A stretch of 63,932 bases of DNA, the filler included. It is 7 parts of 7 records of this genome, joined end to end, with 100 filler letters (N's around TTAATTAATTAA, not from the genome) between each part and the next. Parts side by side here need not be neighbours in the genome. Positions count along the whole stretch, not along the records: positions 7,138 to 13,354 come from DRR723986_10919; positions 13,455 to 34,603 come from DRR723986_10923; 5 more parts are not named here. One strand, written 5' to 3'. Shown here in pieces: positions 9,566 to 19,855 of this stretch. The notes beneath the pieces were generated by a model that saw nothing but the letters and a program-made list of their open reading frames with translations, was not told the origin of the DNA and did not search any database. How positions within the stretch are numbered: position 1 is the stretch's first letter; every line of letters begins with the position of its first letter. The position numbers and the translations under genes were made by a program.

Positions 9566-11128
9566 TCAGCCGTTGATGGTGCCGTTGACCACATTGGAGA
9601 ACGCAATCAGGCTGTCCTGCATGGTGCTGTTGCCCAGGCCGTGGCCGGTAAAGCGAGCGCCAAAATCACCCTGTTCGCCATGCAGTGCCATGTAGTTCAA
9701 AAGCACCGTTTGAACCAACTGGTTGACGTTGTTGGCGGCCGGGCTGGAACCTGTGTCAACGGATGCATCTGGACGCATGGAGCCGATTTGCCTTCTAATC
9801 GGGGTAGGGCGGCCCTTTGGATCGTAGATGAGGAAGAACGAGGCAGCCGTTTGTTGGTTGTCACCAGTCCATTCACCTTTGCCTCTGCCTTCCAGGGAGT
9901 CATCAATTCGACCATTGCTGGAAACCGAGCCGTCGCTGAATACATACAGCATCAGCGGCGTTCCAATTCGTGCAGCGTATTCGAGACATGCCCCCATGCA
10001 GCGGCCTGCCTGTTCGTCCCGCCGCTCTCCCGTGCCTCGCTCACCAGTGTGGTAGTCGTATCCACCCATGGTGATAGTACCTGCACCAGCGTAGCCGTTA
10101 AGCACCAGTTTCATCACAGAGGCTGTTTTCTGGAATTCCCGATTCCCGTTGAATTCCGAGCTTGAGAAAATACCGGCCGGGCCAACGATGTCGGGATCGG
10201 CCATTGGATCAAGAGGGTTTGCCTCTTTGCCATAACGGTCTGCGAGGTCTGCACTCTTGAGATACCCGCACTTCACCAGCTTTTTGACCACCTCATCTGT
10301 GGTGATCCCAGCGTTCACTTTTTTCATTTTGGCGTCGCTGATCTGGTAGATAGACTCCATGACGGCCACAGCATCGGAGGGATTAAGAATTCCGATCAAA
10401 TCGCCTACGTCTACCAGGCCCGAGGCATCAGATGGGCGGTCTACCTTGGTGGGCCTCACTTCGGGGTCTATCAGGTTCATCGGCGCCATGGAGTTGCCCC
10501 CGGATTCCGAGCTCTGGGAGCCTATTAACGTAAGTAACTCTCCGTTGGCGCCGGCTTTGTAGATTCCATACATCGGGTTGTGTGGATTGTTGCCAGTATC
10601 GTTTTCTGAGCGAGCGGCGATGATAGCGCCATCCACGCCTGCGCGTGTGCTGGCACTGGTGCTTTGCATAATACCTCTCAGAAAACCACTATCGGAATGA
10701 AACGCCAGACCAAGCTCCTCGTTTACGAAGGCTGGGTCAGAAGGCAGCATGTCACCCGGAAGCCCGAGTTTGTTGTATCCCGCAGTGGTTAGAAAGTCCA
10801 TCTGACCACCCGCTTTGCCCATGAGTACGTTGGAGCCCGCGATGTTGGCGCCGCCGGCCAGATCAAAGCAGATGAAGGGTATCTTTCCGGCACCGGACAC
10901 GGCGATACCGCAGCTTTCTTTCAGATTCTCGAGATCGGATGACAGCGCTGCGGCTGCCTGACGTGGATTGACGAACAGGCTGAAGACCGAGGCGCCAAAC
11001 AGGGTGGCCGAACCTGCCATCAGTCCTTGGGAAATAAACTCGCGTCTGGTCCGCGGCTTGCCATGATCCTGGTGGAGGAGGGGGCTGCCGTTTGCCAAAG
11101 GTTTTTTCCGGGATTTGCGTATAAACAT
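9566..11128 (-). CDS. Tat-exported hypothetical protein, distant DUF1501-like
   Basis: TRREFISQG twin-arginine signal; FICFDLAGG, GGYDYH and VFSDG motifs parallel the DUF1501 protein in contig 4. Confidence 0.7.
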   Translation of the reverse strand: MFIRKSRKKPLANGSPLLHQDHGKPRTRREFISQGLMAGSATLFGASVFSLFVNPRQAAAALSSDLENLKESCGIAVSGAGKIPFICFDLAGGANIAGSNVLMGKAGGQMDFLTTAGYNKLGLPGDMLPSDPAFVNEELGLAFHSDSGFLRGIMQSTSASTRAGVDGAIIAARSENDTGNNPHNPMYGIYKAGANGELLTLIGSQSSESGGNSMAPMNLIDPEVRPTKVDRPSDASGLVDVGDLIGILNPSDAVAVMESIYQISDAKMKKVNAGITTDEVVKKLVKCGYLKSADLADRYGKEANPLDPMADPDIVGPAGIFSSSEFNGNREFQKTASVMKLVLNGYAGAGTITMGGYDYHTGERGTGERRDEQAGRCMGACLEYAARIGTPLMLYVFSDGSVSSNGRIDDSLEGRGKGEWTGDNQQTAASFFLIYDPKGRPTPIRRQIGSMRPDASVDTGSSPAANNVNQLVQTVLLNYMALHGEQGDFGARFTGHGLGNSTMQDSLIAFSNVVNGTING

Positions 11129-11140
11129 GATCGGCTTCCT

Positions 11141-13354
11141 TTACTGAACCAATGTGGTGGCGCTGCCAAGAACAGCGGCACAACTTGCCTTGACAATCGT
11201 CTTGGTGCGGTCATCTTCACAAGCATTACCACCACAGGCTTTCAACTTATTGATGAGTGCATACAGCTCTGTCTGGATCTCATTGTCGGTCGGTTGGGAA
11301 GCCAGATTATCTCCCACGAAATGGGTCATCAGGGAGCTTGTAATCAAACTGTTGCCGCCATGATCAAAAGCGCTTTCGGCCGGAGCAGAAAAGTTAAAGC
11401 CAGGGAACATAGTTGATCGGAGCTCGTTGTTCTCTATCAACGCATCGCAATACTGGATAGCCAATTGCGTAACGGCCATCTGGTGCGACGACAGGAAACC
11501 CTGAATATTCTCCACCGTGGGCAGTTGTTGCTTCACGGTATTGTAGGTGGCACTTACATCCGGATGCGTGGTGGCAACGCCGGTCATTCGGGCCATGGAG
11601 GCATTGATTTCATCAAAGGTTTTCAGACCGATTTCCGGTGACGCCGGAAGGTCTGCCGGCTCGGGCTGCGGCAGGGGCGCGGGCTCGGTCCGGGCAAACT
11701 GGTTGCTGCCAATCTGATCAAAGGTCAGGAAGAACTCGTCAATTCCGGGGCCGCCTTCAAGCGCAATAATGGTGCCCATAGGGGACAGTGGCTGGCCGAT
11801 GCCTGGCTGGTAGAGGTCTGCATCGAGCAGGACATCGAGGTTGGCCCAGGCTTGCCCGACAGTGGCTTCTTTACCGTTGATGCCCAAACGCATTCCCCTG
11901 AGCGGGATATTCGAGGGCTCGACGCTGTCATCCAGGCTGATGAAAAACGGACTGGTGAATCGGTAGGCGTAGCTGTCGAACTGGCTGACTTCAAAGACGA
12001 TAAAGCTCTGTGGCAGGTCAATCAGGTGGGAGACCCCGAACAGCAGATAGAACTTCTGGCCCACACCCACTTCAAAGTTGGCCTGAATCTGCTGGGGTGT
12101 CAATGCACGGTTGTGAATGGCCACCATACGGATGGCCCCCTGCCACGGGGAATTACCGTCGGTTTCATTACCCAGCACCAGGGCAAAGCTGTCGTCCCAC
12201 TCGGTTAGCAGTCCGCCCTCGTCGGGATCAAGGTCGCCCGAAAACTCGCCATTGACAAAGATCTGTCGACCGGTCGTCGGGCTGTAATTAACCACCACAT
12301 GCTGCAAGGTTGCTTGCAACAGCATATCGGCATCCTGAGTCGCAAAGGCGCTGTTCTCGTCGCTGGTGGTGGAGCGATGCAGTACTTCGTAACGCTGGAG
12401 CGACTGGCTCAGGGTTACATTGCGTGTGGTCGCGGAGCCGGAATAGGTGACGATGCGGGCGTCTTCCTGGGTGATATTCCCGGGAGCTACCCAGGCTTCG
12501 ATGCTGTATTCACCGGAGGTGGTCAGTTGGGTATGGAGTTTTCGGCTTGCCGAGGTGCTGCCCTGGGCCTTGCCGGCAGGCACCATAAATCCTTCGCTGT
12601 TTTCTCCTGCGGGGCCAAGGTCGATGCCCCAGCCGCCAACCCAGTCAACGTTGCCGCTGAGCGTGAGATTGAGCGGTGGCTCAATACCGCTGGTGTCAAA
12701 TGCAGTTTGCCCTTCACCCGCTTTGAATTCGTACAGGGCAATGACATTGTCTTCATAGCGACCGCCGGAGTTGGCCAGCAGGCCGTCGGCACTGAGCTCA
12801 ACCGCCTTGCTGACCACCAGAGCAGGGTCGACAGGCGTTGCGCTCAGATCCTTGACCATTTCCAGAATCTTCATTTCCATCAGGTTGGCCGAGGCTACGC
12901 AGTCGTTATCCCAGCAATTATGGAAGTCAAAGCGCAGCCGCTGTACCAGGCGAGAGTCGGCGGGCACCGTGGCATCAATGCGGCTTCGGGCCTGGTCGTA
13001 GGCGGTGTTTACATCGGCACTGGCAATATAGGGTGTCTGACCACCATCGCTATGGCACTCGCTGCAGTACTGTTCGAGCACCGGATACACTGTGGTGGCG
13101 AACAGGCCGGGCTCGGCCGGCAGAGAAATGGTGGCCCCCGGATCTTTCAGGGCCGGTGCACGTAACTCGACGGTTTTGGCCGAACCTCCACCGCCTGCCC
13201 AGTTTGTGATGTAGGTTGTCAGGATGTCGGCGCAGGCAGAGTTGCTGGATAACCAGCAGTTATGGCCACCTGCCACTTTGGTTACCATCAGGGAGTCAGA
13301 CGGATCCGAGAGATTTACAATCTTCTTTGCCTGGGAATAGGCGCTGTTGACGTC
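11141..13354 (-). CDS. c-type heme (CxxCH) / LamG-like jellyroll fusion protein, 5'-truncated
   Basis: Frame open to the contig end; CSECH motif; LamG motifs (YEFKAGEG, YSIEAWV, HVVVNY, IFVNG, WQGAIRMVAIHNRALT). Confidence 0.82.
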   Translation of the reverse strand, partial: DVNSAYSQAKKIVNLSDPSDSLMVTKVAGGHNCWLSSNSACADILTTYITNWAGGGGSAKTVELRAPALKDPGATISLPAEPGLFATTVYPVLEQYCSECHSDGGQTPYIASADVNTAYDQARSRIDATVPADSRLVQRLRFDFHNCWDNDCVASANLMEMKILEMVKDLSATPVDPALVVSKAVELSADGLLANSGGRYEDNVIALYEFKAGEGQTAFDTSGIEPPLNLTLSGNVDWVGGWGIDLGPAGENSEGFMVPAGKAQGSTSASRKLHTQLTTSGEYSIEAWVAPGNITQEDARIVTYSGSATTRNVTLSQSLQRYEVLHRSTTSDENSAFATQDADMLLQATLQHVVVNYSPTTGRQIFVNGEFSGDLDPDEGGLLTEWDDSFALVLGNETDGNSPWQGAIRMVAIHNRALTPQQIQANFEVGVGQKFYLLFGVSHLIDLPQSFIVFEVSQFDSYAYRFTSPFFISLDDSVEPSNIPLRGMRLGINGKEATVGQAWANLDVLLDADLYQPGIGQPLSPMGTIIALEGGPGIDEFFLTFDQIGSNQFARTEPAPLPQPEPADLPASPEIGLKTFDEINASMARMTGVATTHPDVSATYNTVKQQLPTVENIQGFLSSHQMAVTQLAIQYCDALIENNELRSTMFPGFNFSAPAESAFDHGGNSLITSSLMTHFVGDNLASQPTDNEIQTELYALINKLKACGGNACEDDRTKTIVKASCAAVLGSATTLVQ

Positions 13355-13454
13355 NNNNNNNNNNNNNNNNNNNNNNNNNNNNNNNNNNNNNNNNNNNNTT
13401 AATTAATTAANNNNNNNNNNNNNNNNNNNNNNNNNNNNNNNNNNNNNNNNNNNN
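13355..13454. other. Artificial contig spacer
   Basis: N-run with TTAATTAATTAA. Confidence 0.99.
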
Positions 13455-14302
13455 ATGAAGAATTCACCATAAGGTCCAGAAATAATCGCTGGGTCTCCTT
13501 CTTTTAAGTTGAAGATGTAAGAAGATGCAATTCCTGGATTTACTTTCATCCAGGTATTCGTTTTTCTATCGAATGGCGGAGCCGCAACCCTAACATTCAA
13601 CATGATTTTTCTTCCTTCTGCTGGGTAAGAGGCCATTGAGTAAGCTCTAACAGTCTCCTCATCATTTTTCATAACTAGATGACGCATAGCAAATGGTCCT
13701 TCTGCCCAATCTTTCTCAAACTTATCTGGTTCACCTGGGTGATCAGTTGGATGTGCTTTGATATCCATGTCAGAGAAGTTTACTGTGCATGGTGGAATTT
13801 TAATCTGGATATAACCTCCAGCTTTGTAATCCATATCTTCAGGAATCTCTACTATAAATTCTTTAATGTAAGTGGCAACATTATAGTTTGATACAACTTT
13901 TGCTTCCCACTCTTTAATTCCCATTACTTCCTCCTCAACACGGATTTCCATGTTTTCTTTCACTTTTACCTGACATCCCAGACGCATATTGTCTGCGATT
14001 TCTTTTCTTGAAAAGTGAGGCTCCTCAGTTGGAAGAATAGATCCCCCTCCAGTATCAACATGACAGATACATTGTACACATGTACCACCTCCACCACATG
14101 CAGAAGGTAAAAAGATACCATTACTACCTAAAGTGCTCAAAAGTGTTCCACCACCATCTACTTCAATCTCATGTTCTCCATTGATGGTAATTTTAATTTT
14201 TCCAGCAGGAGATAATTTTGCTTTAACGAATAATAATAGTCCTACTAACAATAGAATTACTGCTGTAAAAACGATTATTGTAACAATTAATACTTGTCCC
14301 AT
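13455..14302 (-). CDS. nqrF: Na+-translocating NADH:quinone reductase subunit F, 3'-truncated
   Basis: N-terminal TM; 2Fe-2S motif SACGGGGTCVQC...RLGCQ; FAD motif RAYSMA; SGPYGEF. Confidence 0.97.
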
Positions 14303-14310
14303 CTTTAAAC

Positions 14311-15051
14311 TTATTTTTCTTCTGTATAATCTTCAATTAGCATTGATGTTGCGTTCGCATTTTCATCATATACTTCTGTTGCACCAAACTCTGAATCCAC
14401 AGGTTCTTCAGATTTTTCTTCTTTTTCAGTAGTATCGAAATTGATCCCTGAGAAACTCATGAATGCAATCCCCATTAGTCCTGTAATTACGAATGTGATT
14501 CCTAAGCCTCTCATTGGAGCAGGAACATGCGAATACTTGATTTTTTCTCTAATTGCCGCAATTGCAACAATCGCTAAGAACCATCCAATTCCTGAACTGA
14601 TTCCAAAATTAGTTGCTTCTGCAATAGTAGAATATTGTCTTTCTTGCATGAATAAGGCACCACCTAAGATTGAGCAGTTTACCGCGATAAGAGGTAAGAA
14701 AATACCCAGAGCTCCATAAAGAGCTGGTGCAAATTTCTCAACTAACATCTCAACCAATTGAACCATAGATGCAATTACCGCAATGAACATGATAAACGAA
14801 AGGAAACTTAAATCCATTTCAGCATATTCAGGTCCTAACCAAGTTAATGCACCTTCTTTCAAAACATAATTTTCAAGTAGCCAGTTCACTGGAACGGTTA
14901 CTCCGAGTACAAATATTACAGCTGCACCTAAACCAACCGCTGTTTTCACAGTTTTAGATACCGCCAAATAAGAACACATACCTAAGAAATAGGCAAAAAT
15001 CATGTTCTCAATAAAGACTCCTTTTAGAAATATATTAATGTGATCTATCAT
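14311..15051 (-). CDS. nqrE: Na+-NQR subunit E
   Basis: [20 protein letters not shown] motifs; operon position. Confidence 0.97.
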   Translation of the reverse strand: MIDHINIFLKGVFIENMIFAYFLGMCSYLAVSKTVKTAVGLGAAVIFVLGVTVPVNWLLENYVLKEGALTWLGPEYAEMDLSFLSFIMFIAVIASMVQLVEMLVEKFAPALYGALGIFLPLIAVNCSILGGALFMQERQYSTIAEATNFGISSGIGWFLAIVAIAAIREKIKYSHVPAPMRGLGITFVITGLMGIAFMSFSGINFDTTEKEEKSEEPVDSEFGATEVYDENANATSMLIEDYTEEK

Positions 15052-15062
15052 TGTCTTTTCTA

Positions 15063-15737
15063 TTAATGTTCTTCAATTAATGACTTATTTCTTGCACGTT
15101 GAACCCAAATAATGATTCCAACTGCAAACAATGCAAAAGGTGCTAGGATAATGAAGTTGTTGTCCATGTATCCGTATTTGTATAGTCCTGTTCCTTCAAT
15201 ACGATCTCCAAATAATGGGATGTTAAAGAATTTACCAGCTCCGAAGATTTCTCTGAAAACTGAAACCAGTACTAAAACAACACCATATCCAACAGTGTTT
15301 CCTACTGCATCTAAGAAAGATGGCCAAGGCTTATTTGCCATTGCAAATGCTTCAAATCGTCCCATGATAATACAGTTAGTAATAATCAATCCAACGAATA
15401 CTGAGAGTTTCTCTGCAATATCAGGCATAAAGGCTTTCAAGACCTCGTTTACAATAATTACCAAAGACGCAACTACAACCAATTGAACGATAATTCTAAT
15501 TCTTGAAGGAATCAGATTTCTCAGTAATGAAATGATTACGTTACCCGCACCTAGTACGAATAATACTGATCCCGTCATTACTAAGGCTTGTTCAATAGAT
15601 ACTGTAATTGCTAGTGCAGAACAGATTCCTAAAACTTGAATTGTTACCGGGTTATTATCATCTAATGGCTCGGTAACCAACCTTTTATTCTTCTTAGAGA
15701 ATAATGGTTCTTTAGGTGCTTTTACTTTTTCGCTCAT
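15063..15737 (-). CDS. nqrD: Na+-NQR subunit D
   Basis: [26 protein letters not shown]. Confidence 0.97.
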   Translation of the reverse strand: MSEKVKAPKEPLFSKKNKRLVTEPLDDNNPVTIQVLGICSALAITVSIEQALVMTGSVLFVLGAGNVIISLLRNLIPSRIRIIVQLVVVASLVIIVNEVLKAFMPDIAEKLSVFVGLIITNCIIMGRFEAFAMANKPWPSFLDAVGNTVGYGVVLVLVSVFREIFGAGKFFNIPLFGDRIEGTGLYKYGYMDNNFIILAPFALFAVGIIIWVQRARNKSLIEEH

Positions 15738-15744
15738 GACCTAA

Positions 15745-16440
15745 TTAAATTTTATTAAAGTATTTCACATAAACAGATAATGTTCTGTTTACCATTTCTT
15801 CAACTCCTTTAGAAGTAATTGTACCTCCAGTGATTCCATCAACTTTTCCTGGATCTTTTCCGGATCCATCTTTTACACTTTTAATACCTCCTGAGATTTT
15901 CTCTCCAATGTATTGGTCGTAGTAAAACGATTGTTTGATCTCAGCACCTAATCCAGGTGTTTCAGTTTTATGATCGAACTTAGCACCATAAATAGTTTCC
16001 TTGTCGTCATCAACTGCAATATATCCCCAAATTGGTCCCCAAAGACCAGAGCCAACTACTGGTATTACGTATTTTGTTCCTCCATCAATTGATGCAACAT
16101 ATAAAGGGTAATCTCTTGTCTCAACAGTTAAGTTCTTATCTCTGTATTGAGTTTTAATGTTAACATCAAAGGCAGCCAAACCTTCTTTAACATTTCCTTC
16201 TGAATCGATAACAACACATTCATCAGTCAATACATATTGATCATATAACTCAGCTGCATTTTTACGAGTTGATTCAAGTTTCAATGCACCTAAAATGTCC
16301 ATTTTCTTTTTAGTCTCAACGTTTTTGTCTTGCAAAGGTTTTAAGCCTACAGCAATTGCTGCCAATCCAGCTCCTACTACCACTACTAAAGCAATAGCGA
16401 AGAAAAACGTGTATCCGTTACTATCTTTGTTTATAGCCAT
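15745..16440 (-). CDS. nqrC: Na+-NQR subunit C
   Basis: GLWGPIWG, ETPGLGAEI; FMN attachment motif DGITGGTITS. Confidence 0.97.
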   Translation of the reverse strand: MAINKDSNGYTFFFAIALVVVVGAGLAAIAVGLKPLQDKNVETKKKMDILGALKLESTRKNAAELYDQYVLTDECVVIDSEGNVKEGLAAFDVNIKTQYRDKNLTVETRDYPLYVASIDGGTKYVIPVVGSGLWGPIWGYIAVDDDKETIYGAKFDHKTETPGLGAEIKQSFYYDQYIGEKISGGIKSVKDGSGKDPGKVDGITGGTITSKGVEEMVNRTLSVYVKYFNKI

Positions 16441-16442
16441 GA

Positions 16443-17648
16443 TTAAGCAGATTTAATTTTAAGTCTTTTATTTCTTCTTTTGATGTTAGCACCTACCACA
16501 TAGTGGTCAATTAATGGTGCCATCACATTCATAAATAGAATGGCCATCATTACTCCTTCTGGATATGCTCCGTTGAATACTCTTACAGTAATTGAAAGGG
16601 CACCTGCTAAGAATCCATAGATAAACTTACCTGTGGATGTCTGGGCGGCGGTGACCGGATCTGTTATCATAAAGACAGCTCCGAATGCAAAACCTCCAAT
16701 TACTAAGTGATTTAATGGTTCAAGCTCCATGTAAGGATTAATTGCTCCAGCATTGGCTAAAACACCAACAGCCAATCCACCAGCAACGAAAGACAACATG
16801 ATCTTCCAACTTGCGATTCCTGTATACAATAGTAAAGCCGCACCAATTAATATGGCAACAACTGATGTTTCACCAACTGATCCAGGGATGAATCCCCAGA
16901 ATGAATCCATGATTGACCATTTAGCTTGGAATGCTTCTATGCTAGGGTAAGCCCAATCGGCCTTTGGACCTGTTAAAGAAGCAAGCTCTCCTAATTGAGT
17001 AGCGCCTGTTACTCCTTCTGCAGGGTTTAATTCAGTTATTCCAGACATCCATACTTTGTCTCCTGACATCATTGTTGGATAACCGAAGAATAAGAAAGCT
17101 CTTGCTGTTAAGGCAATGTTTACAATGTTCATTCCTGTTCCACCAAACACTTCTTTTCCTAAAACAACAGCAAAAACAGTTGCAAAGGCTACCATCCATA
17201 ATGGTGTATCAGCTGGAATAATTAATGGAATTAACATACCAGACACTAAGAATCCCTCTTGTATGGCATGTTTGTTCTTGATACAGAAAATGAATTCTAC
17301 TCCAAGACCCACAGCATACGAAACAATTACCAAAGGCAATACTTTGATAAGGCCGTAAACTACCTTGTCTCCAAACATATCCATATAGGCTAAGTCTGGA
17401 TTCTCAACGGCATAATGCCAATGTCCTGTGTTATAAATTCCGAATAATAGACAAGGAATTAAAGCAGTAACTACCATGAACATGGTACGCTTTAAATCAA
17501 TCCCGTCTCTAATGTGTGAACCTCTTTGTGTTGTTTCACCTGGCGTAAATAGGAAGGTGTAAAACCCGTCCCAAACAGGATGGAATTTCGCCCACTTGCT
17601 GTCATGCTTGGGCTCCATCTTACGCATTAATTTTTCAATAGACTTCAA
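16443..17648 (-). CDS. nqrB: Na+-NQR subunit B
   Basis: HIRDGIDLKR, KEVFGGTGMN, FMN site TGAT, GSVGETS, TDPV, YPEG. Confidence 0.97.
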   Translation of the reverse strand: MKSIEKLMRKMEPKHDSKWAKFHPVWDGFYTFLFTPGETTQRGSHIRDGIDLKRTMFMVVTALIPCLLFGIYNTGHWHYAVENPDLAYMDMFGDKVVYGLIKVLPLVIVSYAVGLGVEFIFCIKNKHAIQEGFLVSGMLIPLIIPADTPLWMVAFATVFAVVLGKEVFGGTGMNIVNIALTARAFLFFGYPTMMSGDKVWMSGITELNPAEGVTGATQLGELASLTGPKADWAYPSIEAFQAKWSIMDSFWGFIPGSVGETSVVAILIGAALLLYTGIASWKIMLSFVAGGLAVGVLANAGAINPYMELEPLNHLVIGGFAFGAVFMITDPVTAAQTSTGKFIYGFLAGALSITVRVFNGAYPEGVMMAILFMNVMAPLIDHYVVGANIKRRNKRLKIKSA

Positions 17649-17679
17649 TTTATTTCAATTTAAGTTTAACGTAGTATTG

Positions 17680-19041
17680 TTACATGCATTCTTCATGGAT
17701 GACATCTAGGCCACCGCGAACAACATCTTGAATATTAATTTTAGAAGTACAAACGAACTCACACAGTGCGAAGTCTTCAGGAGCAACCTCATAAATTCCC
17801 AGGTTTTCCATCAAATCAATATCGTTGTACATGATTGCTTTTGTCAGATGCATTGGAAGTATGTCGAATGGAAAAACTTTTTCCATTTCACCAGTCACTA
17901 CAAAGTTTCTGATCTCACCATTTAAGTTGGTGTCAAGCGTATACTTTTTATTAGGCATTAACCAGCTAAAGTAAGATCTGTTAATTGAGAATTTTCCAAT
18001 TCCAGGTCCCATCCATCCTTTTGTGATCATGAATTTAGGTTCGTCACCTTCAGGAATAACTGTAATTTGAGAATCATAGAATCCTAAAAATCCATCTAAT
18101 TCAACTTTTTCACCAGTCAATACATTTCCAGATATGTGTCTGACATTTCCTTCTTTTACGTTATCTGCTAAGATGGCTGCAACTGAACTTCCAACACATG
18201 TTTTAACATATTTCGGATTCTTGATTTCAGAACCAGTTACGGCAATAACTTTAGAAAGATCATATTTTCCAGATGTCATCACTTTTCCAATCATGGCAAC
18301 GTCTTGCGCGTTAACAGTCCAAACCACTTCTCCTTTATTTACCGGATCAATGTGATGGATTTGTGTTCCTACGTTCCCAATAGGGTGTTTACCATGAATT
18401 TTATTGTGTTGTACACTAGTTGCAGATGTAAAAGTTGCATCCGCATTTGAGTTCCCTCTTGTCGTTAAATGAACTTTACCTTCTGTTAATTTAGAAAGTG
18501 CGTTGATTCCTGCTTGAAAAGCTTCGTTTTCACCGTGTAAGATATAATCATAATCAGGTGCAAGTGGAGCAGAATCAAATCCAGAGATAAAGATGGCTTT
18601 AGGACTATCGCCCGGTCGTGCAACAATATCTAGTGGTCTCATCTTAATAAAAGGCCACAAACCAGAAGCAAGCATATGTGCTTTAACTTCCTCTCCAGAC
18701 ATTGATGCTGGGTCTTTTGCCGTTAAGTCGAGATATGAGTTTTCAGCATCAGCCGTAATGGTCACTGCTAAAATTCTTCTTTTTTCACCTCGAATAATTT
18801 CTGCAATAGTTCCTGAAACAGGAGAAGCATACTTCACTTCTTCTTGATATTTGTCAGCAAATATGGTTTGTCCAGCTTTCACCGTATCACCAGCTTTTAC
18901 TGCCATTTTAGGAACAAGTCCGTGAAAATCAGGTGGCTTGATAGCAAAAGTAGTTCCACGCTCAGCGTTTGTTTTCACCTTATCGGCTTCTCCTACTAGT
19001 TTGATATCTAAGCCTTTCCTTAGCTTGATAGTCCTTGACAT
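17680..19041 (-). CDS. nqrA: Na+-NQR subunit A
   Basis: MSRTIKLRKGLDI start (ATG 19041); SPVSG, HPIGNVG, ISGNVLTG, EDFALCEFVC. Confidence 0.97.
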   Translation of the reverse strand: MSRTIKLRKGLDIKLVGEADKVKTNAERGTTFAIKPPDFHGLVPKMAVKAGDTVKAGQTIFADKYQEEVKYASPVSGTIAEIIRGEKRRILAVTITADAENSYLDLTAKDPASMSGEEVKAHMLASGLWPFIKMRPLDIVARPGDSPKAIFISGFDSAPLAPDYDYILHGENEAFQAGINALSKLTEGKVHLTTRGNSNADATFTSATSVQHNKIHGKHPIGNVGTQIHHIDPVNKGEVVWTVNAQDVAMIGKVMTSGKYDLSKVIAVTGSEIKNPKYVKTCVGSSVAAILADNVKEGNVRHISGNVLTGEKVELDGFLGFYDSQITVIPEGDEPKFMITKGWMGPGIGKFSINRSYFSWLMPNKKYTLDTNLNGEIRNFVVTGEMEKVFPFDILPMHLTKAIMYNDIDLMENLGIYEVAPEDFALCEFVCTSKINIQDVVRGGLDVIHEECM

Positions 19042-19068
19042 ATCGATTTTGGAATTTAGATTAGTGGA

Positions 19069-19076
19069 CAAATTTA
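19069..19076 (-). promoter_or_regulatory. Bacteroidota -7 promoter element (TAAATTTG) for the nqr operon
   Basis: Matches TAnnTTTG, 27 bp upstream of the nqrA ATG. Confidence 0.7.
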
Positions 19077-19121
19077 ATTATCTGGTGGTAATATTTTCTC
19101 GAATTTAGCCTCAATCAATTA

Positions 19122-19140
19122 GTTTAGAATGATTCTAAAT
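19122..19140. promoter_or_regulatory. Fur-box-like palindrome upstream of the nqr operon
   Basis: TTTAGAAT-G-ATTCTAAA perfect 8-1-8 inverted repeat in the intergenic region. Confidence 0.65.
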
Positions 19141-19162
19141 AAGTAATTTCGTCTTCAGATTA

Positions 19163-19855
19163 TTACAAGAGGTTTTGTAAATCTTTTAAGTAGTGTATTA
19201 TTGGAGTGATTGAGGTCTGATGTTCTTTCTTTGGGTCAAATAGAATCGTGCTTATACCAACTTTCTGAGCGCCAATAATATCCGCTTCTAAATTATCGCC
19301 AATCATCAAAGAGTTATCGGGTTTGCCTGCCGCTAATTCAAGCGCTCTGTTGAAGACTTTTTTATTGGGTTTATTGACTCCAACATCTTCTGAACATAGA
19401 ATAATGTCAAAATATTTATTTAAATCTGCGCCAGCCATTTTTACGGATTGCACTTCTTTAAAGCCGTTCGTGATGATGTGTAATTGATATCGGTTTTTTA
19501 GATAAGTCAACGTTTCATGGGTTCCGTCAAATAGATGCGTTTTGTGAGGGCCTCTTTTGACATATTCATCACCTATCAGTTGTCCTAGGCGTTCCGCATC
19601 AGGGATATTAAAGCGGTTCAATGTGTCGGCAAACCTACCGAACCTAACTGTTTGCTTATCAATCACCCCATCTCTGTATTTTTTCCAATACTGGCCATTT
19701 ACGGTTTGGTAAGTTGCTAAGAATCGCTCTTTGTTGTTCACGAATTTTTCAAGTTCAAATTCATGAAATATCTCGGATAAAGTTTCTGAGGAGTTTCTTT
19801 CAAAATCCCATAGGGTATGATCCAAATCAAAAAAAATATGTTCAATATTAATCAT
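19163..19855 (-). CDS. YjjG-family HAD pyrimidine nucleotidase
   Basis: FFDLDHTLWDF, ITNGF, KP, MIGD..ADI.GA HAD motifs. Confidence 0.9.
   Translation of the reverse strand: MINIEHIFFDLDHTLWDFERNSSETLSEIFHEFELEKFVNNKERFLATYQTVNGQYWKKYRDGVIDKQTVRFGRFADTLNRFNIPDAERLGQLIGDEYVKRGPHKTHLFDGTHETLTYLKNRYQLHIITNGFKEVQSVKMAGADLNKYFDIILCSEDVGVNKPNKKVFNRALELAAGKPDNSLMIGDNLEADIIGAQKVGISTILFDPKKEHQTSITPIIHYLKDLQNLL

Noticed and set aside
288..19041. Apparent flavin supercluster: rib genes, apbE and nqr
   Set aside because: The three lie on different contigs with very different composition; adjacency is an artefact of concatenation
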